From the NCBI GenBank assembly GCA_963785725.1, contig CAWAWS010000041.1, positions 1 through 15,177 of the forward strand: a stretch of 15,177 nucleotides of DNA. Reading direction: 5' to 3'. A program made the translations under genes and the position numbers. Under the pieces are notes generated by a model that ran no database searches, was not told where the DNA came from, and worked only from the letters and a program-made list of their open reading frames with translations. Shown piece after piece: positions 14,882-15,177 of this stretch (position 1 is the stretch's first letter; every line of letters starts with the position of its first letter). The DNA is from an uncultured delta proteobacterium. Its GTDB lineage: Bacteria; Myxococcota_A; Polyangia; Palsa-1104.

Positions 14882-15177
14882 GCTTCCTGGAACGACCGAT
14901 CAAACGCACGCTCGCGCGCAAGTTGGACGACGCCCGGCTGGCCTCCGTCTGGCGGCGCGTGCGCGACGAGCGGCTACAGGCGCGGCCGCGGCGCCGGCGG
15001 CTGGTGTTCGCGGCCGTGCCGCTGACGCTGGTCGCGGTCGCGCTGCTCGTGTGGCTGCGCGTTCCGGCGACGACGGCGCCGCTCAAGCTGGCCGACGCCT
15101 CGCCGCTGTCTGCCATCGCGACGACGCAGCAGCCGCGGACGGTCGACCTCGACGACGGCTCGCACATCACGCTGTCG
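14878..15177 (+). CDS. FecR-domain anti-sigma factor, 5' part (truncated by the window end)
   Basis: ATGA overlap with the sigma stop. MSFLERPIKR...VWRRV...RRRRLVFAAVPLTLVAVALLVWL (TM)...RTVDLDDGSHITLS (FecR LxDGSxxxL motif). Open to the window end; not in the ORF track. Confidence 0.85.
   Translation, partial: MSFLERPIKRTLARKLDDARLASVWRRVRDERLQARPRRRRLVFAAVPLTLVAVALLVWLRVPATTAPLKLADASPLSAIATTQQPRTVDLDDGSHITLS

Overview
A very GC-rich bacterial window whose gene content resembles Myxococcota/Polyangia; the taxon is inferred from protein families, not proven. From left to right it holds: (1) the 3' end of a probable GH55 beta-1,3-glucanase. (2) A mirror-image pair of divergent operons, each a signal-peptide TPR protein with a hydrophobic C-terminus, coupled to Cys-rich lipoprotein(s); one of two tandem paralogous lipoproteins is split by a single-base frameshift at 2430-2431. 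(3) A 155-bp MITE-like palindromic element flanked by CTAG duplications. (4) A small lipoprotein with a sigma54-type promoter. (5) A VOC-AraC-hemerythrin cluster. (6) A sigma54-driven S53 (sedolisin-type) lipoprotein protease with a (T/S)AGGGG linker and two 10-Cys repeats, followed by a strong terminator. (7) A DUF2834-like membrane protein. (8) An S41/CtpA-like lipoprotein whose catalytic Ser position is Glu. (9) A TonB plus Cys/His/Met-rich lipoprotein operon divergent from an ECF sigma/FecR pair, with twin back-to-back promoter-like motifs between them. Several genes appear leaderless. Most long ORFs in the supplied track are high-GC shadow frames. No rRNA, tRNA or CRISPR array was seen. 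All family calls come from motif recognition by eye; no database search was run.
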